This document shows, in pieces, positions 24,557 through 33,806 of a stretch of DNA of 38,326 nucleotides (its first letter is position 1; each line of letters opens with the position of its first letter). The stretch is from a virus (Duplodnaviria; Caudoviricetes): the IMG/VR virus record IMGVR_UViG_3300049140_000187, positions 1-38,326 of that record; one strand, given 5' to 3'. The notes below the pieces were generated by a model. The model ran no database searches. It had not been told where the DNA came from and was given only the letters and a program-made list of their open reading frames with translations. The translations under genes were made by a program, and so were the position numbers.

Positions 24557-25875
24557 TCTGGCACCTGGTCGTCGTCGGGCATCATATCCGGTGCCGGAGC
24601 ATCGCCTGCCTGATACTCAGGCCATGTCGCCGCTACGAACTTCCGCCCCTCGTCCGCCATGACCAGTTGCCCGTCGACCAAGGCCATCAATGCCTCGACC
24701 GCCGTCTTCCGAGCCGTGGCGCGGACTGCTTCCGCGTCGGCCACTTCCTTTTCACTCGGCGACCAGAGCGGGTTGAAGACGATGCGCCACTTTTCAGGCT
24801 CACTCGCTCTCACCTCTGATTGCGCCCAGATCATGGACACCAGCCGCTCGAGCGCGGGCCGGGCCTGCCGTTCCTGCATCGAGCGCAGCAGCCCATGATA
24901 GAGCGCCTGCTCGCCGATGCCGGAGTTCCCCATACCGGAGAACCCTTCGCCGAAGACCACCGGGACCGGCATCCGCGCCTTGGCCGCCAAGTCCAGCCGG
25001 AAGCCTGCCAGGACCGCGTCGATCCCGCCCAGATTGGTGTCGAGGACCGTGAAGTCGTCCTCGCCGTCGATACCGACCGTCGTCTCGGTGCCGCGGACCA
25101 TGTCCGTGAGGTTGAGGCGCTGCATGACGAGCGCCTTGCCGTCCAGGATCACGGCACCGTCGAGGCCCGTCTCCTGAATGGCCAGCGTCTCCGCCATGCC
25201 CTTCATCTTGTAGACGGCCTGCTGCTTGCGCCGCAGGATTTCCCGCGACAGGCGCAGCACCGCGCGGTAGTTCATCAGGGGCTCATAGCAGCCCTGGAGC
25301 ACGCTGCGGCCCTGCCAGGGGATCTCCATGCCCTGGGAGCCGGCGTAGGACAGCGCCTCGCCCGAGACCTTCAGCAGCCGGCTCTCATGCACATCGAACG
25401 GCTGACCGGAGCGAGGACGGATCGTATAGAAAATCGGCTCGCCGTAGTTGTTCAGGCGAGGGTCGCGGTAGCGTTGCGCCGAGGCGGTGATCGCGCTGAT
25501 GGGATAGACCATCAGGTCGTTGATGCGGCGGATCCGGTCGAAGGCTATCGGCTGGTCCAGCGTCGAGCCGTCATCCATCAGCGGCAGGATTACGGCCCCG
25601 CCATGCAGGCGGGCCCAGCGCAGCGCGTCCGTGAAGTGCTGGATGGCGTCGAGGCGGTCGACCTCGTTCAGGACCGTGTTGTCTTCGTCGCCCTGGACCT
25701 TGAACCCCGAGGCCATGGCGTCTTCAGCCGGCCGGTCCACGATCACCGCGGCGAGGCCGTCAGACGCGTACAGTTCCTCCAGAGGGGTGGTCTGAAACGT
25801 GCCCTGGCCACTGCGCTCGCGTTGCGCCATGACCATGCCCATGACCGCCGTGTAGCTGTCGAAGCGTTCGGTCAC
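24553..25875 (-). CDS. Portal protein (DUF1073-like)
   Basis: LY....LA..IVD.PAED, WARL.GG, DP...NYG.P..Y, VHESRL and F.PLW motifs; follows terminase. Confidence 0.9.
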   Translation of the reverse strand: MTERFDSYTAVMGMVMAQRERSGQGTFQTTPLEELYASDGLAAVIVDRPAEDAMASGFKVQGDEDNTVLNEVDRLDAIQHFTDALRWARLHGGAVILPLMDDGSTLDQPIAFDRIRRINDLMVYPISAITASAQRYRDPRLNNYGEPIFYTIRPRSGQPFDVHESRLLKVSGEALSYAGSQGMEIPWQGRSVLQGCYEPLMNYRAVLRLSREILRRKQQAVYKMKGMAETLAIQETGLDGAVILDGKALVMQRLNLTDMVRGTETTVGIDGEDDFTVLDTNLGGIDAVLAGFRLDLAAKARMPVPVVFGEGFSGMGNSGIGEQALYHGLLRSMQERQARPALERLVSMIWAQSEVRASEPEKWRIVFNPLWSPSEKEVADAEAVRATARKTAVEALMALVDGQLVMADEGRKFVAATWPEYQAGDAPAPDMMPDDDQVPE

Positions 25876-27290
25876 GCGGAGAGCGCCCGGAAACGCTCGA
25901 CCACGCTGGCCTCACCCACCATGCCGAAGGCACGCGAAAGAGCGTCGGCCTGATCATCGTGAGCGGCGCTGGGAAATCCGGCCAGCTCATCCAGGAACGG
26001 ACGGTTCCAGAAGCCCTTGAGCATGCGGACATTCCCCACGTTGACCTGGCTTGCCACAGGGGCCGCGCGGGTCGCCTTGTCGCCAGTCTCGAGGGTGACC
26101 TTGACCGTGTATCCCGCCAGTCTGCGGGTGAGGTATTGGGCCTGCGCCTTGCCTGCCTGACCCGGATCCTGGGGCAGGCCAATGGCTACCGCCCGGCCAT
26201 CCTGCGAGGCCGTGGCTACTATGGCCGCCTCTACTTCGTCGGGACCGCCTCGGAGCCGCACCACATCCAGAATGGTGAAACCGCCCTGATTGGTCCGCTG
26301 TAGCTTCACACCAACCGTCCAGTCGGGATCGCGAGTGCCGACCTGCTTTGTCGCGGCAAGGTCCCAGGCTCGGACGATAGAGCCGCCTGCCGGGGCGGCG
26401 TCGATGATCTCGATGCGCTCGATCTTGAACAGGGCGCCCTCGCTGGGGCGGGGGTCCTGCTGGTAGAGCGAAGACCAGTCGCGCATAGCGCCGGCGCGTT
26501 GATAGTCAGCGTGGGCACGAACCAACGCGGCCCCGTAGCCGTAGTCGTCATCACCCCAGAGCGGCTGCCCAATCTCGCGTCCTAAAGGATCATCCTCCTC
26601 GGACGCCATGGCCGGGATCTTAAGGACCCGCCACGCCTCGGGGTCGACCTCGAGAAGGCGCCCGTAGATGTCGTCTGCGTGCCAGCGAGTGCCAATTAGA
26701 ACGATCGGCGACCCCGGCTTAAGCCGAGTTTTCAGGTCAGCGTTGAACCATTCCCAGGCACGCTCCCGGTAAGTGGGGCTCTCAGCATCTGCCCGGCTCT
26801 TCACCAAGTCGTCGCAGATTGCCGCGCCGGCCCGGAAGCCTGTCACAGCACCACCCACGCCAGCAGCTCGGTACTGGCCCCCATTCGTGCTGGTCCAGAG
26901 TTCGGCACTCTCGCTCGCAAGGCCGAAGCCCAGCCGCGTTGAATGCTCCCGGACTAGGTTCTGGACCCGCCGCGAGAAGTTCTCAGCAAGCGCCGCCGTA
27001 TGGCTGGCCGCAATGATCGGAAGGCCGGGCTGACGAGCCATGAGCCAAGCCGGGAAAAGGAGGCTCGTGTAAGTGGATTTGGCGCTGCCCGGAGGCAGGA
27101 ACATCATGAGGCGCTTGGTCCGCCCGTCCGCGACCGCCTGAAGCTCGCGAATGATCAGGCGGTGGTGAGCGGCCGGGGTCAGCCCTTGGGGAGCCAGGAC
27201 AAACTCGCACCAGGAAAGGAAGTCTCGCCGCATTGCGCGGCGGCGCAGCAGTTCCTTGGCGGCGTTACTGGGGTCTAGCAGGGTAGTCAT
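25872..27290 (-). CDS. terL: Terminase large subunit
   Basis: PPGSAKST Walker A, ICDD Walker B, TRWH.DD, YQQ.P, WDLA and HDDQADA nuclease motifs. Confidence 0.95.
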   Translation of the reverse strand: MTTLLDPSNAAKELLRRRAMRRDFLSWCEFVLAPQGLTPAAHHRLIIRELQAVADGRTKRLMMFLPPGSAKSTYTSLLFPAWLMARQPGLPIIAASHTAALAENFSRRVQNLVREHSTRLGFGLASESAELWTSTNGGQYRAAGVGGAVTGFRAGAAICDDLVKSRADAESPTYRERAWEWFNADLKTRLKPGSPIVLIGTRWHADDIYGRLLEVDPEAWRVLKIPAMASEEDDPLGREIGQPLWGDDDYGYGAALVRAHADYQRAGAMRDWSSLYQQDPRPSEGALFKIERIEIIDAAPAGGSIVRAWDLAATKQVGTRDPDWTVGVKLQRTNQGGFTILDVVRLRGGPDEVEAAIVATASQDGRAVAIGLPQDPGQAGKAQAQYLTRRLAGYTVKVTLETGDKATRAAPVASQVNVGNVRMLKGFWNRPFLDELAGFPSAAHDDQADALSRAFGMVGEASVVERFRALSA

Positions 27291-27306
27291 GCCTTTGCCC
27301 CGCTAC

Positions 27307-27651
27307 TCAGTGAACCTGCGCGGCATCTCCCTGCCCGAATGCGACGGCGGCGAGCTGCTCGTCCGTCGCTGTTGATGGGTCAACAGTCAGGCGGCCTGAG
27401 TGAGCCACAGCAGCCAGAGCCGGCTTCTCATACCGGATCGCGGCTTTCGCCGCGTCTAGCCGAACGTCGTCAGGTTTACCCGGGTCCTTGTAGACCGCCA
27501 TGAGGAATGCGTGGGCGTCGCCCTCGAAAGCCCCATCAACCGCCTGCCCGATCGTCTCGGCAGCCGCCTTAGCCGCTGCCTCGCGCTCCGCAGTCCGGCG
27601 GTTCTTCGCCCCAAGGGGGCGGCCGCGGGGGCGGCCAGTCCGCTCGCCCAT
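27307..27651 (-). CDS. Terminase small subunit (putative)
   Basis: GRP.G.KN.RT N-terminus and R.DAAKAA..Y.KP.L motif; directly upstream of terL. Confidence 0.7.
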   Translation of the reverse strand: MGERTGRPRGRPLGAKNRRTAEREAAAKAAAETIGQAVDGAFEGDAHAFLMAVYKDPGKPDDVRLDAAKAAIRYEKPALAAVAHSGRLTVDPSTATDEQLAAVAFGQGDAAQVH

Positions 27652-27691
27652 TATCTAATATTCCGGAATAAATTATTCTGCGTTAGGGCCA

Positions 27692-28318
27692 TCACGCCCT
27701 CACCATATCTCGGTGGAACTCGACCTCGCGGCCTCCGCCCAGCAGTTCCAGCAGCACCGTAACGCGCTCCCCGCCACGGTCGGCCCGAAGCAAGCCGCGC
27801 ATGCCCTCGAAGGGGCCGGTGGCCACGGAAACCATGTCGCCCACCTTGAAGCGGGCGACGGGGAGGTTGTCCTCGGTTTCGTCGATGACGCCCGCCATGC
27901 CGTCGATGCAGCCGGCGAGCGAGAGAAGGTGCGCGACCAGGTGGTCGCAGGGATCGGGCCGGCCGCGATCACGAACTCCCACGACGCCGATCACGCTGGG
28001 GATCTGGCGGAGCAGGGCGGGGCCGATCGAAGGGGGCGGAAGGACGAACATGTAGCCCGGGAACATGGGCCGAATGACGTCGTCCTGCTTGGGGCGGCGG
28101 TCAATGTAGCGCGGCCAATGGACCTCGCATCCCTCACGCCGAAGGGCGAGGCGAACGCGAAATCCATCATCGGCTCGGTGATTAACGCACATCCAGTGCG
28201 TCGCACCGGCCCGGGATGTTCCCAGGTCCGGCGTCGCTGCCCTGCGGGGGCGAGCGTGGAAGGGAACCGGACCGGCCTCACCGCGTCCGATATCACCCAC
28301 CTGAGCACAATCTGACAT
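27692..28318 (-). CDS. NusG/RfaH-like transcription antitermination factor (NGN + KOW)
   Basis: PMFPGYMFV (NGN) and FKVGDMVSVATGPFEG (KOW) motifs; start uncertain. Confidence 0.85.
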   Translation of the reverse strand: MSDCAQVGDIGRGEAGPVPFHARPRRAATPDLGTSRAGATHWMCVNHRADDGFRVRLALRREGCEVHWPRYIDRRPKQDDVIRPMFPGYMFVLPPPSIGPALLRQIPSVIGVVGVRDRGRPDPCDHLVAHLLSLAGCIDGMAGVIDETEDNLPVARFKVGDMVSVATGPFEGMRGLLRADRGGERVTVLLELLGGGREVEFHRDMVRA

Positions 28319-28374
28319 ATGGCTCTCCGTTTCGCAAGTGGGAAAATTACCCACAGTGTTCCTGCTTTGAGGGG

Positions 28375-29157
28375 TCATATCCGGTAGTCCTTGGAGACAA
28401 ACCCGCTGCCTCGAACCAGCGTCGGGGCCACTGGCACCACACGGGACGGCAGGTGCCGCAGATGTCCTCGGCGCCAATGGGCTCGGCGCTCCAATAAACC
28501 GCGCCTGTCTTGACGGAGCGCCTCTTTGGCCTTCTGAGAAATCGTTAGGACGGTATGGTTGAAGAGTGGGCGCTTGCCGTCAGCCGCGCGGCGGGCCGCG
28601 ACGCGATCCGACACCACCACTTGCGTCTTCTGCGTCTCCCTCAGATCCAAGAAGGCGACGGCAGACGCGACTAAGAGAGCGGCGTACCAGCCCATCTCCT
28701 TGTCCGCGCCTGTTGCCAACTCAGCATTGCGGGGGCACCTTGGGTCCCGGAAGTTGGTCGTTCCGGGCGGGGCCTCATCTCCAACCACCCAGAGGCCGGC
28801 CACGTCGTAAAAATCCCACAAAAACTCTGAGTTCTTTAGGCGGGCGAAAGGGTGGCAAAGAACTACCTCGCCGCCGCCCTCAATAGACCGCCGCTCTGCG
28901 AACACCCCTACACAGACGACGTTCTCCCGGTTCGTCCAGTTGGTGAACTCAAACCAGCAGTTGTCGTAAGGCAGTCGCGCCAGTCCGGCATTTACGAGCA
29001 AACTCGCATAGTCCATCACGCTCTGATCCAACAGCAGATCCGTATGCTGGACCGCAAACTTATGAGCGTTCTCCAGATCCTCCGCGTTTGTCACCACATC
29101 ATCAGAGGCGCCTTCTTCGCGAAGCAGAGGGATGAGTGATCCGATATGCAGCGCCAT
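28375..29157 (-). CDS. Hypothetical phage protein (260 aa) with C-terminal HWRRGH motif
   Basis: Start MALHIG overlaps upstream stop; LPYD.CWFE and RAHWRRGHLR motifs; lower GC. Confidence 0.75.
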   Translation of the reverse strand: MALHIGSLIPLLREEGASDDVVTNAEDLENAHKFAVQHTDLLLDQSVMDYASLLVNAGLARLPYDNCWFEFTNWTNRENVVCVGVFAERRSIEGGGEVVLCHPFARLKNSEFLWDFYDVAGLWVVGDEAPPGTTNFRDPRCPRNAELATGADKEMGWYAALLVASAVAFLDLRETQKTQVVVSDRVAARRAADGKRPLFNHTVLTISQKAKEALRQDRRGLLERRAHWRRGHLRHLPSRVVPVAPTLVRGSGFVSKDYRI

Positions 29158-29522
29158 CAGCCCCTCCCCCACACTTCCCTCAGATCCACCCCAATCGCCC
29201 TGGCCCACCGCTGGAGAGCCATGGCCGCGTCCTCTTCCAGCCCGTGCTCCACAGGCCCGTGGATCGGTCGCCCTGCCACGGTGGAGAGCACCGGGCTCAC
29301 CGGCAGGCCCACGAGGTGCGCCAGGGCCGCGTGGCAGGCGTCGTGCTCGTGGGTCATCGCGAGGACGTTCGGCCCGTAGCCGAGGCGCCTGGCGGTCTCT
29401 GCGTAGCCCTCGCCCGGTTGCGGCGCGGCGTGGATGATGCGGCCGTCCGGTAGGGTCGTGGTGCAGCCCCAGTCGTAGAGCTGCACGGTGGTGGCGCCGA
29501 AGCGGAGGAGGGTCATCTCCAT
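29157..29522 (-). CDS. Hypothetical protein (121 aa), His cluster HEHDACH
   Basis: Coupled ORF in the early-right operon. Confidence 0.65.
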   Translation of the reverse strand: MEMTLLRFGATTVQLYDWGCTTTLPDGRIIHAAPQPGEGYAETARRLGYGPNVLAMTHEHDACHAALAHLVGLPVSPVLSTVAGRPIHGPVEHGLEEDAAMALQRWARAIGVDLREVWGRG

Positions 29523-29671
29523 TCACCCGCCGGCCTGTTCTCATTCGCGGTCGCGCCCACCCTCGCCCACCAGTCCACCGTCTCCCTGCAGCGCAGCCAG
29601 TCGCGTGGTGTGCGGAGGCCGTGGATCATCGCGTCCCAGTGGTGGGCGCGGATCGTCAGAGGGCGGGTCAT
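29513..29671 (-). CDS. Hypothetical protein (52 aa)
   Basis: ATGA overlap with the upstream gene. Confidence 0.45.
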   Translation of the reverse strand: MTRPLTIRAHHWDAMIHGLRTPRDWLRCRETVDWWARVGATANENRPAGEWR

Positions 29672-29880
29672 CGAAAGATGCTCCCAGGCTGTCCAGGGCG
29701 ATTGCTGCCCGTGCATGCCAGCCGGTGGTCGGTGTGATGCGGACACCGCTTGTTGCCGCAGACCTCGCAGGCGAAGCGGATGGGCCACGACGACAGGTCC
29801 GGGCGCCTGGCCGAACGTCTGCGCTCAGAGCTGCACCGGATGCAGAGGCAGTCAGTGAGGTCGACGCTACCCACCTGCAT
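29668..29880 (-). CDS. Small Cys-rich phage protein
   Basis: C.C..C and CEVCGNKRCPH.TDHR.ACTGSN.PGQPGS, a motif recurrent in phage hypothetical proteins. Confidence 0.7.
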   Translation of the reverse strand: MQVGSVDLTDCLCIRCSSERRRSARRPDLSSWPIRFACEVCGNKRCPHHTDHRLACTGSNRPGQPGSIFR

Positions 29881-30212
29881 CACGCCCCACCCTCCAGTTT
29901 CCCACGCACAGCCCCGCAGGAGGCGCCTGACGCGTCCGGAGGTGTGGTGCCCCCACTCACACCCTCGGCGGGCTCCTCCGGGCTCTGGGGCGGCTGGCGG
30001 GTGGCGCGGAGGGCGAGGCCGCGCGTGTTGGCGCACCACTCAAGGCGACCACCGACAATCCGGAAGTCGACCAGATCGAGATCGAAGACCAATGCCTCGA
30101 ACGCATCGCGCCGCGCCCAGGTCATCCGCTTCGGCCGGGCGTAAGACCCATCCCCCGGCAGCCAGTCCAGCGCGCGGGCCTGCGCCGGGGTGAGCGTGAC
30201 GTCAGCCGGCAT
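29880..30212 (-). CDS. Hypothetical protein (110 aa)
   Basis: LTPAQ..AL start; overlaps neighbours. Confidence 0.55.
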   Translation of the reverse strand: MPADVTLTPAQARALDWLPGDGSYARPKRMTWARRDAFEALVFDLDLVDFRIVGGRLEWCANTRGLALRATRQPPQSPEEPAEGVSGGTTPPDASGASCGAVRGKLEGGA

Positions 30213-30516
30213 GGGAAATCTCCTCGTCCACTAGGCCAGCAATCAGGGCTGGCAGATCCGCTTTGAGGCGTGCGGCAATGCGCTTCCTGAGCACCTTCAT
30301 CGGGTCGGACTTGACCGGCGGGGCAGGCAGGGCGCCTGTGGCCACGAGCCGCTCGTCCAGAAGGCGGTTCAGCTCGCGCCAGACCGCATCGCATGCCTCC
30401 CCGTAGCGCTCGATCGCTGCATCCGGGTCTGCCTTCCACTGGCCACCCGCCTCCGCACGCCGCGTCTCCAAGACGAGGCTCAACAGGGCGTCCAGGTCGC
30501 GCACGCCATCGGCCAC
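30202..30516 (-). CDS. Hypothetical protein (104 aa)
   Basis: Coupled ORF (TAGTG). Confidence 0.55.
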   Translation of the reverse strand: MADGVRDLDALLSLVLETRRAEAGGQWKADPDAAIERYGEACDAVWRELNRLLDERLVATGALPAPPVKSDPMKVLRKRIAARLKADLPALIAGLVDEEISHAG

Positions 30517-30731
30517 TACCGCGCCCCTCCCTTCGCCAGCCCATCCCGGAGTTGCTGGAGGCGGGTGCGCTTGGCTGCGAGGAACAGGGCATCATCGCGG
30601 CCCGGCTCCTTGCCCAGCGTCTTCAGCACACGGGCATCAGCCTCGGCGTCGGCAATCCGGCGGCGCACGAAGTCCAGGATCTCGAGATCGGCAGCCTTGC
30701 GGCCCCAGTCTTCCGGGCTCAGGTCAGCCAT
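30516..30731 (-). CDS. Hypothetical protein (71 aa)
   Basis: Coupled ORF, helical. Confidence 0.55.
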   Translation of the reverse strand: MADLSPEDWGRKAADLEILDFVRRRIADAEADARVLKTLGKEPGRDDALFLAAKRTRLQQLRDGLAKGGAR

Positions 30732-30954
30732 GGGAGAGTTCCCCCTGCCTCTGCGCCTTAGCCGCCCGGAGCGTGCGCTTGGTGGTGTGCATCACCACCG
30801 ACCCGCCCAGGCGCAGCAGCACCACGTCCATGTCGCGCTCCTCCGTCGTGGCACCCTCGGCCAGCAGATCGGCGCAGCGGTTCACGCGGTGGGGGTCCAG
30901 GGCCACGCTGCGCGGCTTCTCCTGCCGCGGGGACTTCCAGGGCGGGCAGGGCAT
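30724..30954 (-). CDS. Hypothetical protein (76 aa)
   Basis: Coupled ORF (TGATG). Confidence 0.5.
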   Translation of the reverse strand: MPCPPWKSPRQEKPRSVALDPHRVNRCADLLAEGATTEERDMDVVLLRLGGSVVMHTTKRTLRAAKAQRQGELSHG

Positions 30955-31145
30955 CAGCGGGCGGCCCGGGGCTCGGAGAAGGAGAAGGTCATGAACTTCG
31001 ACCCGTTCTTCCCCTCCTTCAGCCAGGCCGCCATCTCCAGGTCCTGGCCGTTCACCCGGCAGGTGCCCTTGTAGTCCGGGTGCGTGTCCTTCGACTTGTC
31101 CCGGTTCTTGAACAGGATGCCGGAGTTGTCGCGCTGCTCAGACAT
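30954..31145 (-). CDS. Small ssDNA-binding-like protein (DUF736-like, 63 aa)
   Basis: NSG.LFKN..K....HPDYKG...V.G......AW.K.GK.G.KF.. pattern; downstream of helicase. Confidence 0.6.
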   Translation of the reverse strand: MSEQRDNSGILFKNRDKSKDTHPDYKGTCRVNGQDLEMAAWLKEGKNGSKFMTFSFSEPRAAR

Positions 31146-31164
31146 GAAGGGCTCCGAAGAGGTT

Positions 31165-31370
31165 TGGGGCGGTTGGGGCGGGATAGGGCGGGCAAATTCC
31201 CAAATCGCTCTCACTGCGCACGCGCGCACGTGAGGGGGTTATTGGTTTTGAGGTGCCCCATCCTGCCCCAAGACAGGCGGGATTGGCGTTAAGCTGCTGT
31301 TCCTGTGGAGGAAAATGGCTGATACCGGGGTGCCCCAAAGAGCGGGTGTCCTGCCCCAAAACCAGCCCCA
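31165..31370. repeat. Cluster of GCCCCA hexamers (candidate replication origin)
   Basis: (T/A)GCCCCA at 31254, 31264, 31331, 31352, 31364 and inverted TGGGGC at 31165, 31174, directly downstream of the helicase gene. Confidence 0.45.
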
Positions 31371-31387
31371 TCGTTCCTCGCTTCCGG

Positions 31388-32794
31388 TCAGTAGGCATGC
31401 CGTCCGTCCTCAGCGTCACGGAGGCCGATGCCGCGGATGTACCGAGTGCCGGCATACTTGGTCCGGCTCAGACCCTTGGTACGGTCGACCTTCTCCGAGA
31501 ACTCGGGGCTGCTCAGCGGCGTCTCGCCATTGCCCTGACACCAGGAGCGGTAGTCGGCGAACAGCTTCCCCGGCGGTGTCTGAAGCGCGGCGTCCAGCAA
31601 GCACTGCTCCGCTATCCAACGCCCGAACACGTCCTGTCGCTCGAAGTAGTCGCTGCCGGCCTTCTGAATGGACGAGGCCGTGCCCAACCTCTCCTTCTGC
31701 CACTGCAGGCACCCGTCGATGGCCCATCGCAGGATTGCCGGATATTCCGGGATCAGCTTCGCCTTGAGCTCGGGATCCGGGTTCAGGGGGATGAACTCGA
31801 AGGGCACGATACGCAGCCGGCGCTCCATGGCCGGGCTGCGTCCCTTGAGGCTCGGTGCGTGGTTGCCGACGAACTGCAGCTTGAACTGCGGCCGGTAGGT
31901 GTAGACGCGGCCGTGAGGCTGGCGGGCGGAGACGGGCGTCTCGTTGCCGGTCAGTTCCTTGATCTGCGCCTCGGCCCATTGCCGGCCGCTCTCTGTCTCG
32001 GAGGCGGTGACCAGGCGAGCGCCGGCCATCTGGGCGCGGTAGTATTCCTGGTTCTGCCTGCCGCCTGCCGTGAAGGCCTCAATCGGCATGGACACGGCGT
32101 AGTCGCCCAGGATGGCCGCCAGCACGCCCGTGTAGACGCCCTTGCCGTTGCCGCCAGGGCCGTAGAGGAAGGACAGCACCTCCTCCGAGATGTCGCCGGT
32201 CAGGCAGTAGCCGGCCCACCGCTGCAGGAAGCCTTGCAGCTCCTCGTCGGCCTCCGTGGCTTCATGCAGGAAGCCCTGCCAGTGCGGGGCGGTAGTGCCA
32301 GGAGGCGCCGGCGCCACGAGCGTGTGCTTGGAGATGTAGTCCTCCGGACGCCCGGGGCGAAGCTGGCCGGTGCGGAGGTCCACGACGCCGTCCGGCGTAC
32401 CCAGCAGCCAGCCGCCCGCGTCCCACATCGCACCGTGGACGGCGACGCGCGGGTCGCTTCGGGCAAGCTCCTCGACGGCTCGGACGAACTTGACCTTGGA
32501 CAGTGCCTTCTCGTCTGCGGGGTGGATTGTCCGTCCGCGCTCGCTCTCCACGAAGCGCTTCACGCGCTCCATGGCGCTCGATACGGGGTCCTTCTCCCAG
32601 ATCGCCCCCGACCAGACGAACCAGCGCCGATCGTCGTGGTCGTAGACCAGCTTGCCCTGCATGGACGCGGCGAAGCGCCGGGCGACGCCCGTTTCGCCGA
32701 AGTCCAACGGATTGGTGCCGGCTGCGGGAGGCTGCTGGTCATACCTCCTGGCCGCCAAGTCGAAGACCTTCCCCATGTCGTCCCCGTCTGGCAT
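31388..32794 (-). CDS. P4-family/D5-like SF3 helicase (primase-associated)
   Basis: D5_N (W..W.G..W, GVVDLRTG), GPGGNGKG Walker A, GARLVTASE, IKELTG and RRL.IVPF motifs. Confidence 0.93.
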   Translation of the reverse strand: MPDGDDMGKVFDLAARRYDQQPPAAGTNPLDFGETGVARRFAASMQGKLVYDHDDRRWFVWSGAIWEKDPVSSAMERVKRFVESERGRTIHPADEKALSKVKFVRAVEELARSDPRVAVHGAMWDAGGWLLGTPDGVVDLRTGQLRPGRPEDYISKHTLVAPAPPGTTAPHWQGFLHEATEADEELQGFLQRWAGYCLTGDISEEVLSFLYGPGGNGKGVYTGVLAAILGDYAVSMPIEAFTAGGRQNQEYYRAQMAGARLVTASETESGRQWAEAQIKELTGNETPVSARQPHGRVYTYRPQFKLQFVGNHAPSLKGRSPAMERRLRIVPFEFIPLNPDPELKAKLIPEYPAILRWAIDGCLQWQKERLGTASSIQKAGSDYFERQDVFGRWIAEQCLLDAALQTPPGKLFADYRSWCQGNGETPLSSPEFSEKVDRTKGLSRTKYAGTRYIRGIGLRDAEDGRHAY

Positions 32795-33639
32795 CAGGCG
32801 TTCCCGCCGAGTGGGTTTTTGGCGCCGGCATCGAGGCCGGAGCGGATCGTGGCGCGGCACTCGCCGTCTTCGAGGCCGATGTGACGGCCGGCGGTGTAGA
32901 GGGCGTAGACGGCTTCCTGCTCGGTGAGCTTGCCGGCGCCGACCAGGCCGCCCGCAGTGTAGGCGGCGCGGTTGAGGGCGGCGTTCCGTCCCCCCTGCCC
33001 TGTCGCGACCACGGCATCCACGGCGCGGGCAAGCGCGGCCCGGGCGCGGTCCTCGGTCAGGATCTTCGGTCGGTCGGGGCGGGGCTTCGGCGGCGGCGGC
33101 TTCAGCAGGCCCAGCAGCCACTCGGGCGCGACCGGCGGGGCGAGATCCCACGGGGCGACCTGCCAGCGATAAGGGACGCCGCCCTTGCCGCGCGACGGGG
33201 CGATGGTGAAGGCCACCAGCCCCGCGCAGGTGTCCATGCCCTTCTCTGGCTTCTCGGAACCGCGCAGCATCGGGCGCCCGTCGTCGCGGAACACCATGAC
33301 GTGCCCGCCGGAACCGGACCGCCCGTGGGGGCGCGGCGGGATGGGCCCGTGCTTCTCACAGAGCGCCTTCAGCGCCGCGACACCATCGTTCGCATGGTCC
33401 TCGCAGGGCACGTCCACGTCGAGCGCCCAGACGCCAGAGCCTTCCGGCACGACCTTCCAGTTGCAGCCCGGGTATTCGGCGGACCAGCGGCTGAGCCGAT
33501 CCAGATCGTGCGTTGCCTGCTGGAGGTAGCCGGCGAACATGCCCTTCTTGGAACGGGTAGCAGGGACGCAGCGCCACCCCAGCAGAGCGACGCGCTCGAT
33601 GTCGGGGTGCAAGCTGTAGAAGGACATGCAGGCGCTCAT
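32794..33639 (-). CDS. Bifunctional DNA primase/polymerase (Prim-Pol)
   Basis: GW...P, ATHD...L..W, LDVD, SGSGGH, APS and G.RN..L motifs. Confidence 0.88.
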   Translation of the reverse strand: MSACMSFYSLHPDIERVALLGWRCVPATRSKKGMFAGYLQQATHDLDRLSRWSAEYPGCNWKVVPEGSGVWALDVDVPCEDHANDGVAALKALCEKHGPIPPRPHGRSGSGGHVMVFRDDGRPMLRGSEKPEKGMDTCAGLVAFTIAPSRGKGGVPYRWQVAPWDLAPPVAPEWLLGLLKPPPPKPRPDRPKILTEDRARAALARAVDAVVATGQGGRNAALNRAAYTAGGLVGAGKLTEQEAVYALYTAGRHIGLEDGECRATIRSGLDAGAKNPLGGNA

Positions 33640-33806
33640 CGCCTCGGCTCCAGCCCGGCAGCGATCCCGCGCAGGGCCGCCGCCGTTGCATTGGCTTCGT
33701 CGTGCACCTCCCGCCGATCCACGGGCCGGAGAGCAGCCCAGACGCGCAGCATCTGCTGGCGGGCCTCCTCGAAATCCTGGAGCGTGACGGCGGGAAGGCT
33801 GTCCAT
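33636..33806 (-). CDS. Hypothetical protein (56 aa)
   Basis: MDSLPAVTLQDFEEARQQMLRVWAAL...; TGATG and ATGA overlaps on both sides; absent from the ORF track. Confidence 0.6.
   Translation of the reverse strand: MDSLPAVTLQDFEEARQQMLRVWAALRPVDRREVHDEANATAAALRGIAAGLEPRR

Noticed and set aside
24553-25875. Possible anti-CBASS Acb1 label sometimes attached to DUF1073-like proteins
   Set aside because: Size, position after terL and motifs fit a portal; no separate HxT/HxS phosphoesterase domain seen
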